Shown here: one piece after another, positions 1 through 11,324 of the stretch
Numbering within the stretch: position 1 is the stretch's first letter
How the letters are laid out: each line of letters opens with the position of its first letter
Assembly: GCA_021513695.1 (NCBI GenBank)
Contig: CP084166.1
Location: forward strand, 1,920,001-1,984,000
Length of the DNA: 64,000 bases
Reading direction: 5' to 3'
From: Candidatus Heimdallarchaeum aukensis
GTDB lineage: Archaea > Asgardarchaeota > Heimdallarchaeia > Heimdallarchaeales > Heimdallarchaeaceae
Made by a program: the position numbers and the translations under genes
The notes under the pieces: model-generated
The model's input: only the letters and a program-made list of their open reading frames with translations
The model's database searches: none
Told to the model about the DNA's origin: nothing

Positions 1-440
1 CATATGATGCAGGAAATAGAAAAGGTAATTTTCCTGTGCACATACATCTAGTAGCTAAAGAAAAATGTCAAATAAGGCATACAGCATTAGAAGCAGCACG
101 TATTGCAGTAAACAGAATATTATCAAGAAACCTTGGTACAAAAAATTATCATATGACAATTAGAGTTCACCCTCACCATATTTTAAGAGAGAATAAAATG
201 ATGGCTGTTGCAGGAGCAGACCGTATACAAGACGGAATGAGAAGATCTTTTGGAAAACCCACAGATCGAGCTGCAAGAGTAAGAGTAGGGCAAGAACTAA
301 TTACAGTACGAACTGAAGCAAAAAACTATAAGCTTGTTTTAGACGCATTAAAAAGAGGAGCAGACCGTTTTCCAACTCCGTGTACATATAAGATTGGAAA
401 GGGTGAAGAACTAGTTAGAGAGTATTTGAAAAAGAAGTAA
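1..440 (+). CDS. rpl10e: ribosomal protein L10e (uL16), C-terminal part; gene starts upstream of the window
   Basis: The reading frame is open from nt 3. The motif GADRIQDGMRRSFGKPTDRAARVRVGQELITVRT matches the conserved L10e/L16 core. Confidence 0.7.
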   Translation, partial: YDAGNRKGNFPVHIHLVAKEKCQIRHTALEAARIAVNRILSRNLGTKNYHMTIRVHPHHILRENKMMAVAGADRIQDGMRRSFGKPTDRAARVRVGQELITVRTEAKNYKLVLDALKRGADRFPTPCTYKIGKGEELVREYLKKK

Positions 441-765
441 GAAAATATTTTTTTCCTTCTTAACTTCTAAATTTTTCTCTGCAATAAGATCAGTAAAATC
501 CATTTAAGATGCTCAATATTATCTGGCAGAGGATATAAAGTATCGATAATATGATTATCCTTTTCCACCAAATGAAGTAGATTTTCTTTTTCAAAAAAAT
601 CCTTTTTGTAGTTTGAAATACAAAAAATACCACTCCAAGAAATAAGCAGATTCTAGAAAATAGATCTACTAAATAAATAATAAAATAAACATAATTTACG
701 GATAACATTAACAATTTAACAATAATGAACTATTAATAGACCACAATTTTTGAAAGAAAAAAATA

Positions 766-1701
766 TCAATCAATCAAGGGTCTATTTTTTCTGGTGAATT
801 TAATTGAAACAAGAAACATTGAGAGAATTATCAAGAAAATTCCAAAAAGAGACCATGTTCCAGGAATTGAATGAGGAAACAGACTTGGAAAAAAGATCGA
901 TAAAATGATTTCTAAACTAAAAGCTACCACAATTTCTAGTAAAAGAAAGATTGAACTTTGACTCACATTAGCAAACTTTAGAGCAAATAAATAAAGACTA
1001 AAAGCTCCAACAGTACAAAAAATAACCAAATAGAGCAAGCATAAAATAGATATTAAAGAAAAATCTAAAACTGCATTCTTTTTTAGAACTAAAAAATAAA
1101 GGAATTCAGGAAGCAAAAAGATAGTTGTCCAGAAAATGGAGCCAAAAAAAGTTTCTAGCTCACTATTGGTTTCATCAAGTGATTTTTTAGATATTATTAT
1201 ATACCCTGTCCAACCCAAACTTGCACCAAATGTTAATATGTTTCCAAGAAAAGTCCCAGACATTAATTCCTTGAAATTTAAATTAGTGCTTACAAAAAAG
1301 ACTCCAATAAAACCAATAACTGCGCTGATATAGGTCTTTATACCAATCTTTTCATTTAGGATAAAATGTGAAAAGATAGGAACAATTACCACATAAAAGT
1401 TTACAAAAAGAGCAGAATTTCCAGCAGTGGTTAAATCTTGGCCAAGATATTGAAAGAAAAAGGCAACAAAATTAAAAAAACCGATACCTATTATTTTTCT
1501 ATCAAAAAGAACTTTTTTGACGTTTATTTTTTTAATTATAATCACGGGAAGAAACAAAAAAACAGAAAATAAAAACCTCAAAAAGACAAAAGATATTGGA
1601 TCAAAATAATTCAATCCAAAACGAATAACAACAAAACTAGTTCCCCAAATAAGAGCAGTTGATGCAACAAGAAAATTAGCAGTATATTTTGAAGTTGTCA
1701 A
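766..1701 (-). CDS. EamA/DMT-superfamily-like integral membrane transporter
   Basis: 311 aa with about 10 hydrophobic helices arranged as two repeated halves. The family assignment comes from this pattern and was not confirmed by any search. Confidence 0.45.
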   Translation of the reverse strand: MTTSKYTANFLVASTALIWGTSFVVIRFGLNYFDPISFVFLRFLFSVFLFLPVIIIKKINVKKVLFDRKIIGIGFFNFVAFFFQYLGQDLTTAGNSALFVNFYVVIVPIFSHFILNEKIGIKTYISAVIGFIGVFFVSTNLNFKELMSGTFLGNILTFGASLGWTGYIIISKKSLDETNSELETFFGSIFWTTIFLLPEFLYFLVLKKNAVLDFSLISILCLLYLVIFCTVGAFSLYLFALKFANVSQSSIFLLLEIVVAFSLEIILSIFFPSLFPHSIPGTWSLFGIFLIILSMFLVSIKFTRKNRPLID

Positions 1702-1838
1702 TCTTGCATTAGCGAACTTCTTAACATTAAAAAACTTTTACTTTTAATTACGAGAAACGACAAATTTTTAGAGAAAATAAACTCAAGAGAACTTCAAATA
1801 ATACAAAAAATTTACAATGATTGAAAAAAGTTTTGATT

Positions 1839-2180
1839 ATGAAACTTGAAATAGTAAACAAAGATGTTGAAATAGAAGATAATTTATTTTTTCTTACAGT
1901 AATTTTTTTTGATAACGGAATATCTATATTTATATCAGAAAAATCTCCGAAATTAGGCACTATAGGTTTGTCATACCCTCCAATCGATTTTTCTTCTTCA
2001 ACTAGCCTTTTACATGGAATGAAAAACGAACAATTTGTAAGAATCATAGGAGAGAGATATTCCAAAATAACTGGGAAAATGGTCCTTGTTTCCTTAAACA
2101 TTGAGAATATCAATATTTTTGACGATATATTATCAACATTAAATGAAATCATTATAAATAGAGAAAAAATTAATGAATAA
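1839..2180 (+). CDS. hypothetical protein
   Basis: Open frame with non-repetitive composition; the ATG at 1839 lies inside the tracked 1821..2180 ORF. The opposite-strand ORF 1748..2152 is low-complexity. Confidence 0.3.
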   Translation: MKLEIVNKDVEIEDNLFFLTVIFFDNGISIFISEKSPKLGTIGLSYPPIDFSSSTSLLHGMKNEQFVRIIGERYSKITGKMVLVSLNIENINIFDDILSTLNEIIINREKINE

Positions 2181-2229
2181 TAAGGAACAATTAAAAGGTT
2201 TATTTACATCTTTTATTAAAACAAAATGA

Positions 2230-3528
2230 GTGTTTAAAGTGAGTCTTAGAGGATATATCAATGAATTAGAAAAAAGAAAACTTTTAACCATAATTGATGA
2301 TACTGTTGATTCAAATTTAGAAATTACAAAACTCATGAAGAAGCATAGTAATAGCTCAATTCTTTTTAAAAAAGTGAAAAATGCAAAATACCCATTAATT
2401 GGAAATTTATTACAATCAAGAAGCTGGTTTAATCTATTATTAAAATCAAATAAAAAGGAAATGTATGAAAAACTCAATAATGCGTCTACAAAAGCAAAGT
2501 ATCCCGAAGAAACTGACTTTTCAACAAGCTTTGAAGTTGAAACTGAAGTCGACTTTAACCAGCTGCCTATCCCTAAATTTTTTCCGAAAGATGGTGGAAG
2601 GTATTTAACCTCTGCTATTGTCATCGCAAAAAACCCAGAGACAGATAAAGTCAATGCTAGTATACATAGAATCATGATTCTATCTAAAAATGAGGGAATT
2701 ATTCGTTTAGTACCACGTGATTTGTATCAAATATTTCATTCAAATCGTAAAAATGGGAGAAATACACCAATTGCACTAATTGTTGGTTATCATCCATTAA
2801 TTGCTCTAGCAGCATCAACACCTCTTAAATATGGAGAAAGTGAACTTTCTGTTGCAAATGCTTTATTAGAAAAAGGAATAAAGGTTATCAAAACACCAAT
2901 TTTTGGAATTGATGTTCCTGTAGATGTTGAATTTGTAATTGAAGGAGAAATAATTGCGGATGAAACAGAGGAAGAAGGGCCTTTTGTAGATATTACAGGA
3001 ACTTTAGATACAAAAAGAATTCAACCTGTAATAAGATTCAAAAAACTATATCACAGAAAAGATGCTATTTTTCAAACAATATTACCAGCTCATGAAGAAC
3101 ATTATCTTCTGATGGGGTTCCCGAAAGAAGCTGCAATATACTCATATGTTAAGAAGATAGTCCCAGAAGTTCATGATTTAGTTTTAACATCAGGAGGATG
3201 TGGATGGTTACATGCAGTTATTTCTATTACTCAAAGAAAAACAGGAGATGCAAAGAATGTAGCTTTAGCTGCTTTTGCAGCTCATCCATCGTTAAAATGG
3301 TGCACAGTAGTCAATGAAGATATTGATGTAAACAATCCCTCAAGCGTTGAATGGGCAATGATAACAAGAGCAGGTTCAGGAGATATTATTGTTATAGATA
3401 ATATAAGAGGTTCATCTTTAGATCCTTCTCGAAATAAAAATGATGATACCAGCATTAAGGTAATTATTGATGCTACAAAAAAAGAGAGCAGAAATGAAAG
3501 CGAATATAATAGAATTATCTTTGATTAA
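2230..3528 (+). CDS. UbiD-family (prenylated-FMN dependent) decarboxylase
   Basis: 432 aa. The segment GGRYLTSAIVIAKNPETDKVNASIHRIMIL and the overall length fit the UbiD family. Confidence 0.65.
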   Translation: MFKVSLRGYINELEKRKLLTIIDDTVDSNLEITKLMKKHSNSSILFKKVKNAKYPLIGNLLQSRSWFNLLLKSNKKEMYEKLNNASTKAKYPEETDFSTSFEVETEVDFNQLPIPKFFPKDGGRYLTSAIVIAKNPETDKVNASIHRIMILSKNEGIIRLVPRDLYQIFHSNRKNGRNTPIALIVGYHPLIALAASTPLKYGESELSVANALLEKGIKVIKTPIFGIDVPVDVEFVIEGEIIADETEEEGPFVDITGTLDTKRIQPVIRFKKLYHRKDAIFQTILPAHEEHYLLMGFPKEAAIYSYVKKIVPEVHDLVLTSGGCGWLHAVISITQRKTGDAKNVALAAFAAHPSLKWCTVVNEDIDVNNPSSVEWAMITRAGSGDIIVIDNIRGSSLDPSRNKNDDTSIKVIIDATKKESRNESEYNRIIFD

Positions 3529-3643
3529 AGCAATTATCACAACCACCACTCTCGAGTAAAGATAAATTTTTATTAGCCATCGTTTTTTCAATTATAAGTG
3601 CAGAAGAATATTTAATGATATAGTAGAAGATATAGAAACATGA

Positions 3644-3729
3644 GCCAGGATAGCCAAGCGGACTACGGCGCTGGTCTTGAAAATCAGTTCTCTCTGAGAT
3701 CCGGGGTTCAAATCCCCGTCCTGGCTCCA
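3644..3729 (+). tRNA. tRNA-Ser (anticodon TGA), genomically encoded CCA
   Basis: Acceptor stem gccagga/tcctggc; anticodon stem ctggt/atcag with loop cttgaaa; long variable arm; T arm cgggg-ttcaaat-ccccg; discriminator t followed by cca. Confidence 0.8.
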
Positions 3730-3772
3730 TTCAGTGCTTTTTCTTGAGAAGTAAACACTTGGAGATTAAATA

Positions 3773-5875
3773 ATGCCAACATCTAAAATAACTCCGCCGT
3801 ATATTATAGGAATTGCAGAAAAACCCCAAGCTGCTAACAGATTAGCTTGGGCTATTGATGAACAAAATAAACCAGAAAAAGTTGATATCAAAGGAGTTTC
3901 TGTTTATTTGTGCAAGAGGAATAAGAAAAAGATCATTATTGTTCCAGCTATAGGACACCTATTCACATTATCTCAAATTGGAGAGAATTGGTTATATCCA
4001 GCTTTAGATTTCAGATGGATACCAACATACAAAGAAGGAAAAAGTAAAAGAACAAAAAAATACGTTGAAGTCTTTCAATCATTAAGAAATGGAACTAAAG
4101 ATATAATCATAATGACAGACTATGACAGAGAAGGAGAAGTAATTGGATACTTAATCCTGAAATATGTTTTTGGAAAAGAAAATGCAAAGAGAATGAAATT
4201 CTCAACTCTAACAAAACGAGATATAAACAAAGCATTTGATGCAATGGAAAAATCTTTAGATATAGGTTTTTTAAATGCGGGGTTATTAAGACACTATGTT
4301 GACTGGTTATATGGAATAAATTTTACAACTGCCCTTTCTAACGCATACAAACGGATTACAGGAAAATTTAAACTCTTATCAATTGGTAGAGTTCAAGGCC
4401 CTACACTTTTCTTTATTGTTGAAAGAGAAGAGAAAATCAACTTATTTGTTCCCATTCCCTACTGGAAAATTTCAGCAGAAGTTAAAATGGGAGGAAATAA
4501 TCTCTCTGTTTCATACTTTAAAGATAAAATTGATACTCTTGCAGAAGCACAAAAAATCTCTTCTGAATGTAGTTCGTTAGAGGGGACTATAACCGACATT
4601 AAAAGTGAAGAAAAACCCATATACAACCAACCACCTTTTAATCTAAGTGAATTACAGAGACAAGCTTATTGGTTTTTTAAATTCTCACCAAGTAAAACCC
4701 TAAAAATCGCAGAAAAACTCTACCTCAAGGGTATAATTTCCTACCCCAGAACAGATAGTCAGAAGCTTCCCATGACACTAGGACATAAAAATATTTTGAG
4801 TAAACTTAGTCAAATATCGCAATATCACGAATTAACAGAAGAAATTCTAGAGAAAAAGAAGTTTAAACCTTTTGAAGGTAAAAAAACCGATGCTGCTCAC
4901 CCAGCTATTCATCCAACGGGGTTACCCCTAGATTCCCAAAGCACGAAAGATGAAAGAAATCTGTTTGATCTAATAGTAAAAAAATATCTGTCTGTTTTTG
5001 CTGGTCCTGGTAAAAAGATAGAAAAAAGAATAGAAATAAGTGTAAACAAACATATATTTTATTTTAAAGGGCAAGAGCTAATAGAAGAGGGGTGGATGAG
5101 ATACTATAAACCCTATGTGTCATTTGAAGAAAAAGCCACACCAAATGTAGAATTAAATGATAAGGTAATTTTTAACTTCATAAAACATGAAAAACATTTC
5201 ACAAAACCGCCAAATAGGTTTAATGAATCAACACTATTAAAGAAAATGGAAGACGAAAAATTAGGAACAAAAGCTACGAGAGCAGATATAATAACAACCC
5301 TCTACACAAGGGAATATATTGAAGGAATTGAAATAAAACCTACTCTATTAGGAGAATCCATTATACGAGTGTTGTTAAAAAATTTCCCTCTCATAATAAC
5401 ACCTACCATGACACGGAACTTAGAAGAAATGATGGATAAGATCCAAGAAGAAAAAAGAGAACTAAAATCAGAGTTAATTTCAATCCAACAAGAACTAACA
5501 GAAACCTTGAAAGGCTTTCATGAAAAAGAGGAAGTAATTGGATATGAATTAGCAACTGATCTCCATTCAATGCCAAATAATAATGAACAAACAACTGTTT
5601 TAGGAAAATGCCCTGTATGTAAAAAAGGAGAACTCATAATCGTAAAAAATAAAAAAACAAAAAAGCGTTTTATTGCTTGTTCGGCTTTTAGGAATCCAAA
5701 AATACAATGTAAAGCTACCTTTCCTTTACCTCAATATGGCAATATTTATCCAACAGAAGAAATTTGTGAATATGATAACCTTCCAATGATAAAAATTGAA
5801 AATAAGAAAAAGACAATAATTTCATGCATATCAATGGATTGTCCTTCAAAGAAGAGTGATAAAAATGAAAAATAG
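3773..5875 (+). CDS. topA: DNA topoisomerase, type IA (TopA / Topo III-like) with C-terminal zinc ribbons
   Basis: Toprim acidic motif MTDYDREGEVIGY; central type IA topoisomerase core; C-terminal CPVCKK...CS and CxxC zinc ribbons. Confidence 0.85.
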   Translation: MPTSKITPPYIIGIAEKPQAANRLAWAIDEQNKPEKVDIKGVSVYLCKRNKKKIIIVPAIGHLFTLSQIGENWLYPALDFRWIPTYKEGKSKRTKKYVEVFQSLRNGTKDIIIMTDYDREGEVIGYLILKYVFGKENAKRMKFSTLTKRDINKAFDAMEKSLDIGFLNAGLLRHYVDWLYGINFTTALSNAYKRITGKFKLLSIGRVQGPTLFFIVEREEKINLFVPIPYWKISAEVKMGGNNLSVSYFKDKIDTLAEAQKISSECSSLEGTITDIKSEEKPIYNQPPFNLSELQRQAYWFFKFSPSKTLKIAEKLYLKGIISYPRTDSQKLPMTLGHKNILSKLSQISQYHELTEEILEKKKFKPFEGKKTDAAHPAIHPTGLPLDSQSTKDERNLFDLIVKKYLSVFAGPGKKIEKRIEISVNKHIFYFKGQELIEEGWMRYYKPYVSFEEKATPNVELNDKVIFNFIKHEKHFTKPPNRFNESTLLKKMEDEKLGTKATRADIITTLYTREYIEGIEIKPTLLGESIIRVLLKNFPLIITPTMTRNLEEMMDKIQEEKRELKSELISIQQELTETLKGFHEKEEVIGYELATDLHSMPNNNEQTTVLGKCPVCKKGELIIVKNKKTKKRFIACSAFRNPKIQCKATFPLPQYGNIYPTEEICEYDNLPMIKIENKKKTIISCISMDCPSKKSDKNEK

Positions 5876-6101
5876 TATAAAACACTGCCCAATTTGTAAA
5901 AAGGAAAAAAATGGAGAAAACACTTTTTGCGAAATTCATGAAAAAGCCAAAAAGTCACTTTTAGAAGGATACGAACTCTGGCTTAAAGCGTATGGGATAT
6001 TATCATGGGAAGCATACTTAAAAGAACTTTCAGCTTTAGATGAAAGAGTCGGAAAAACTGTAAAAGAAGTTATAGACTATGAAAGATTCTTCAAGAAGTA
6101 A
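5856..6101 (+). CDS. small zinc-ribbon protein (hypothetical)
   Basis: 81 aa containing HCPICKK...FCEIH. It overlaps the topA stop by 20 nt. Confidence 0.35.
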   Translation: MIKMKNSIKHCPICKKEKNGENTFCEIHEKAKKSLLEGYELWLKAYGILSWEAYLKELSALDERVGKTVKEVIDYERFFKK

Positions 6102-6107
6102 AAGATG

Positions 6108-6344
6108 TTAAGAAGAGAAGAGAGCAATATGAATCTGATCTTTCTCTAGAACGCCCTCAAATTTCTTTTTACCAATAATTATAGTAGGTAAAACGGTTAC
6201 TGATGCTTCCATGTCTTCGTGTTCAACGTTTTTAAGTTTCAATTCAAACAAGTCTCCATATTCATCAATAACTTCCTTTAATTTCTTTTCAGCAATAGAA
6301 CAATATAAGCAATCGTTGGATGTGAATAGAATAATCTCGTTCAT
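6108..6344 (-). CDS. glutaredoxin/thioredoxin-fold small redox protein
   Basis: 78 aa with an N-terminal CLYC (CxxC) motif in a beta-alpha-beta context. Confidence 0.55.
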   Translation of the reverse strand: MNEIILFTSNDCLYCSIAEKKLKEVIDEYGDLFELKLKNVEHEDMEASVTVLPTIIIGKKKFEGVLEKDQIHIALFSS

Positions 6345-6496
6345 CGGTGTATAAATAAAATTCTTAAAAACTTAAAAACTGAAACAAAAAAAGTCGACAA
6401 GTGACTAATAGTCGGAAAATTTTTTGATATTTTTTAGAAACAAAATTAATATATATAAAATATAAATATGGACAATATAGAGATAATTCGTCGAGT

Positions 6497-7441
6497 GTGA
6501 AATACATGAAAGTATTAGAAGTGAATGAAGATGGTTCATTAACCGAACTTCCTGATTTACAATTAAAGCCAGAAAGCGTTATCATTATCGTAGATGAAGT
6601 AGATAAAAGGATGTGGTTATGGAAGGGCCAAAATTGTCAAATAAGAAAGAAGTTTATTGGAAGTAGAGCACTATCAGATTTAAGGAAAAAAGAATATGGA
6701 TTCGCATATATTCCTCAAACATGCGATCAAGGAGAGGAAACAGCAGAATTTGTTGCTATGCTTCAAAAAATAGGAAAAGAGGATCTAGTTAGTAGTGAAG
6801 TCTTGAGAAAGGCAAAAGAACTCATGGAAAGACAAAGTAGAATAAATGTTTTTGATGAAGTTGAGGAAGAACCTCATAAATTAACTGCATCAATTAGCGA
6901 TGAGGAAGTAGCTAGAATAAAAGATCGACCAGCACAAGTTCCTACATCACAATTGCCAGCAAAGATGGCCAAAATGGGCGCACCAGGAAATAGACCTACA
7001 CCTTCGATCTTATCAGCACTGGACGCGCTAGAAGAGGAAGGGGAACAAGGACCGCCTATTCCAAAAACAAAACAAGTGAGTCAGGAAGTAGAAATCTCAA
7101 CCAAAAGAGCTATGCAAGAACAAGCGGACGATTTACTCAAAAAATCTTTTGAAATTTTGAAAGATTTAGGTGTTCCAAAGGGATTTTATAGAGATCTTAT
7201 AATTATAGGAACAAACGTATATACAGAATCATATGATGGTTCATTCGAAGAATTAGATGAACCACCAGAAGGAGTATTCTTTTCTAGATCTCATGTGCCA
7301 AGAATGATATGTGAAAATGGAATTGTAAGAGCGATAGAATTCCTTAAACCAGAGGAAGGAGCAGAATTAAGCGAGGAAGACGAAAAAATAGCTCAAGATA
7401 TCGAAGATATCTTAAGTATGTTTGAGATAGACATAGGATAA
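6497..7441 (+). CDS. hypothetical acidic protein
   Basis: 314 aa, glutamate-rich; I recognise no family. Confidence 0.4.
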   Translation: MKYMKVLEVNEDGSLTELPDLQLKPESVIIIVDEVDKRMWLWKGQNCQIRKKFIGSRALSDLRKKEYGFAYIPQTCDQGEETAEFVAMLQKIGKEDLVSSEVLRKAKELMERQSRINVFDEVEEEPHKLTASISDEEVARIKDRPAQVPTSQLPAKMAKMGAPGNRPTPSILSALDALEEEGEQGPPIPKTKQVSQEVEISTKRAMQEQADDLLKKSFEILKDLGVPKGFYRDLIIIGTNVYTESYDGSFEELDEPPEGVFFSRSHVPRMICENGIVRAIEFLKPEEGAELSEEDEKIAQDIEDILSMFEIDIG

Positions 7442-7480
7442 AAAAGAACAAATTAAAGGTAAAGTAGATAGGGTGATAGA

Positions 7481-7771
7481 GTGGATATAAAAGACTACGC
7501 CTCTCTACAAATTCTTTTTCACCCTTCAATTCCAATTAATCAAAAAAAAATAGAGAAAAGAGTGAAAAAGGGTCTAACGATAGGAGAAGCATTAATTGAA
7601 ACACTTAAGGAAAGTGAAGAAGCATTTAATTATTTAGTAAAGAACGAAAAAATACGCCCTGGATTTTTAATCTTAAATAACAAAATAGAACTAAAGACAA
7701 CAGGAAAACTGGGAAGTAAAATAGAGGGAGATTTAACTATAAGAATAATTCCAATTTCACACGGCGGATAA
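7481..7771 (+). CDS. MoaD/ThiS/SAMP-like ubiquitin-fold protein ending in Gly-Gly
   Basis: 96 aa with the C-terminus ...IPISHGG immediately before the stop, as in beta-grasp sulfur carriers and archaeal SAMP modifiers. Confidence 0.55.
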   Translation: MDIKDYASLQILFHPSIPINQKKIEKRVKKGLTIGEALIETLKESEEAFNYLVKNEKIRPGFLILNNKIELKTTGKLGSKIEGDLTIRIIPISHGG

Positions 7772-7891
7772 GATATAGATAAAATAATCCAAGAAGAATT
7801 ATAAGAAAAAGAAAAAAAGATTTCAAATAAATTTTAGATTAAAAGAGAAGAAATAAGCAAAAAGAGAGAAGAGATTATTTAACCGTCTTTT

Positions 7892-8623
7892 TTAGTCTCT
7901 TTTTTTTGTTTCTTTTTTAGAGTCCTTTTTTGAAGAGAAGAGGTCCAACAAACTGTCGATCCATAAGGAGACAGTGTTTAAAATTGGAACATTCTGCCCT
8001 TCAATTATAAAAGCAAACAAAATTGTACCAAAAAAGCCAATAGGCTTACCTAACACGTCATGAGACCACATCCAAGCAGCATCATAGGTAGTACCATAAT
8101 CAACCATGAGTGTGACAGTCATACCAACGATTAAAGCTATACGCAAAAAATTAGTTAGAACAAGAGCCAAGATAGTAAAACTAGTGGCTTTAACTTTATC
8201 CCAAGGCTTGGCGGGAGTAACAATAATAAGAGCCATGAGTAAAGCACCAGCTTGCATGGCAGTACAAGCGCGAACAATGGCAAAACGCTTGTTAACAGTA
8301 ATAGCCTTAATAACAGGAGATTGACCATTATGAAAGTCAAACTTAGCAAAAAAGTCGATTATAGAACCAATAAAGGAACCCTCGATAGCAGGGCTAGTGT
8401 CAATAAATAAGCCATCATAACGAACATTGAATTGGTAAAGCTTCAAGATAGAAAAAGCAGTACTATAAGTAATCTCTTCTAAGAAATAATAGTCAGGAAC
8501 AACATACAATAAAAAAGTTAAGAGTATAACAACGATAAAGGAATAAAGAGAATAAACATGCTTGGATCTACCTTCAAGGCGAATTAAATCACGTAAAACT
8601 AAAGGCTCGGTTTCACTATTCAT
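7892..8623 (-). CDS. archaeosortase/exosortase-family membrane protein
   Basis: Polytopic membrane protein of 243 aa. A single conserved-looking Cys sits in IVRACTAMQAG and an N-x-x-R motif in LTNFLRIALIVG, resembling exosortase/archaeosortase catalytic residues. Confidence 0.5.
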   Translation of the reverse strand: MNSETEPLVLRDLIRLEGRSKHVYSLYSFIVVILLTFLLYVVPDYYFLEEITYSTAFSILKLYQFNVRYDGLFIDTSPAIEGSFIGSIIDFFAKFDFHNGQSPVIKAITVNKRFAIVRACTAMQAGALLMALIIVTPAKPWDKVKATSFTILALVLTNFLRIALIVGMTVTLMVDYGTTYDAAWMWSHDVLGKPIGFFGTILFAFIIEGQNVPILNTVSLWIDSLLDLFSSKKDSKKETKKRD

Positions 8624-8879
8624 ATATTATCGAACAACGATGAATATAGGTAGTTAAAAATACTTCGATATTAAAAAGATTATTTGATAAAAGAGTTCGT
8701 TTGCCTTTCTAAAAAGACTCTAAACAACAATTTTTAATAGCTGTTGAGAAATAATAATATTAGTAAGCAATAACAAAGAAACGTTCGTTTGGTTCGACAA
8801 AAAAAGAAAAAAGCCAACGAACGAATAATTTAAAAACGATGCAAAAACAACAAAATTGCAAACAAACGCAGCATCACCT

Positions 8880-8928
8880 CCAATGATAACAAGAACTCTA
8901 AGCGTGAAAAACAGATGAGTTAGAGAAT
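8880..8928 (+). other. pre-16S rRNA processing stem, 5' arm
   Basis: ccaatgataacaagaactctaagcgtgaaaaacagatgagttagagaat is complementary, with G-U wobbles and small bulges, to the segment at 10563..10616 downstream of the 16S gene. Confidence 0.65.
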
Positions 8929-9054
8929 TTTAGGCCAAAAAAAAATTTTGGTAGTACAGAAAAAGCGTGACACTTGGAGTGTGCGTAAAAGTTAATTCAA
9001 GTTTTAAAAAGCGAAAAAGGTAATAACGACCGTACGAAAATCGTCTGAAAAAGA

Positions 9055-10531
<1,477 letters not shown>

Positions 10532-10536
10532 AAGTT

Positions 10537-10558
10537 TGGGGGGCCTCAGGCCCCTCCC
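10537..10558 (+). other. GC-rich hairpin immediately 3' of the 16S gene (ggggggcc-tcag-ggcccctccc)
   Basis: A perfect 7-8 bp G/C stem, the only such structure in the AT-rich flank. It is present in both copies of the direct repeat. Confidence 0.55.
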
Positions 10559-10562
10559 TATT

Positions 10563-10616
10563 ATTCTCTTTATTTACTCTCTGTTTTTCATTGCTTGGAG
10601 TTCTTGTTATCATTGG
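10563..10616 (+). other. pre-16S rRNA processing stem, 3' arm
   Basis: The reverse complement reads ccaatgataacaagaactccaagcaatgaaaaacagag..., matching 8880..8928. Confidence 0.65.
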
Positions 10617-10644
10617 ACTTTTTTATTTGTCTCAACTTTTCTTT

Positions 10645-10980
10645 ATCTCTTCTATTTTTTTCCATCTTTTTCTTTTATTACGTTTTCTCTTTTTTTCTCC
10701 TTTCTCCCTTTTTTCTCTAGGAGGTGATCCTACCTTCTGTTCTCCTACGGCTACTTTCTTGTTACTTTTTTTCTTTTTCCGCGCTTCTACCTTATTTTTG
10801 CAACAACGGGTGGTATGTTCTTTTTCTTTTTCCTTTTCCATTTCCTTTTTTTATCTAAGTATTAGATTTGTGATCTACGTAATTAATTGTATAGTGATTA
10901 GTTCGGTTGATAAAGCTTACAAAAATAGATTTTTCTTCGATTTTTCGATATTTTTTGTTACTTTTCTGATTTAAAGGTAC
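10645..10980 (+). repeat. long polypyrimidine (CT-rich) low-complexity tract
   Basis: The plus strand is almost purine-free over several hundred nt. ORFs called here are composition artefacts. Confidence 0.8.
10719..10820 (-). pseudogene. inverted, degenerate fragment of the 16S 3' terminal region
   Basis: aggaggtgatcc...cctacggctac...cttgttac...ccgcgcttctacc...gcaacaacgggtggtatgttc aligns to the reverse complement of 16S 10392..10531 with an internal deletion and many purine-to-pyrimidine changes. Confidence 0.6.
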
Positions 10981-11324
10981 TAGACTTTGTAATATAAGTC
11001 TTATAAAATCTAGCAAAATACCGAAACAGTAAGCGAGGATTTTAATTTTATTTTAGTTTCAACTACCTAATTCATGGCTCAATGAGTGGTAGGTTCTTCC
11101 TCCCTCCCGGATGGACCTTTCCCGAGAGCAAGATTACAGTACAAAAATTTTGTACAAAAATCGAGTTGATGGAACAATGTCTTCCTTTGGTCAGGTAAAC
11201 TTCTCTCCCTTGTTACTGTGACTGTATGTCTCATCCTAAATTAGCACAAAATATTGTTGTGGTTTTCTCCAATACAGAAATGAATTATTACAACAAGCCG
11301 TTAAATTAGAAAAAAGAATCAGAT

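Noticed and set aside
1748-2675. Minus-strand ORFs 1748..2152 and 2139..2675
   Set aside because: They are F/S/I-rich low-complexity peptides overlapping better plus-strand frames, including the start of the UbiD-like gene.
3515-3730. 71-aa minus-strand ORF
   Set aside because: It overlaps tRNA-Ser on the opposite strand and has no coding-like composition.
8106-8349. ORFs 8106..8324(+) and 8155..8349(-)
   Set aside because: They are nested inside the archaeosortase-like gene and read as low-complexity L/A-rich peptides.
8871-8881. gcatcacctcc upstream of the 16S, as a third copy of the 16S terminus
   Set aside because: Only 9-11 nt match, so it could be chance. It is mentioned under the processing-stem finding and not called as a feature.
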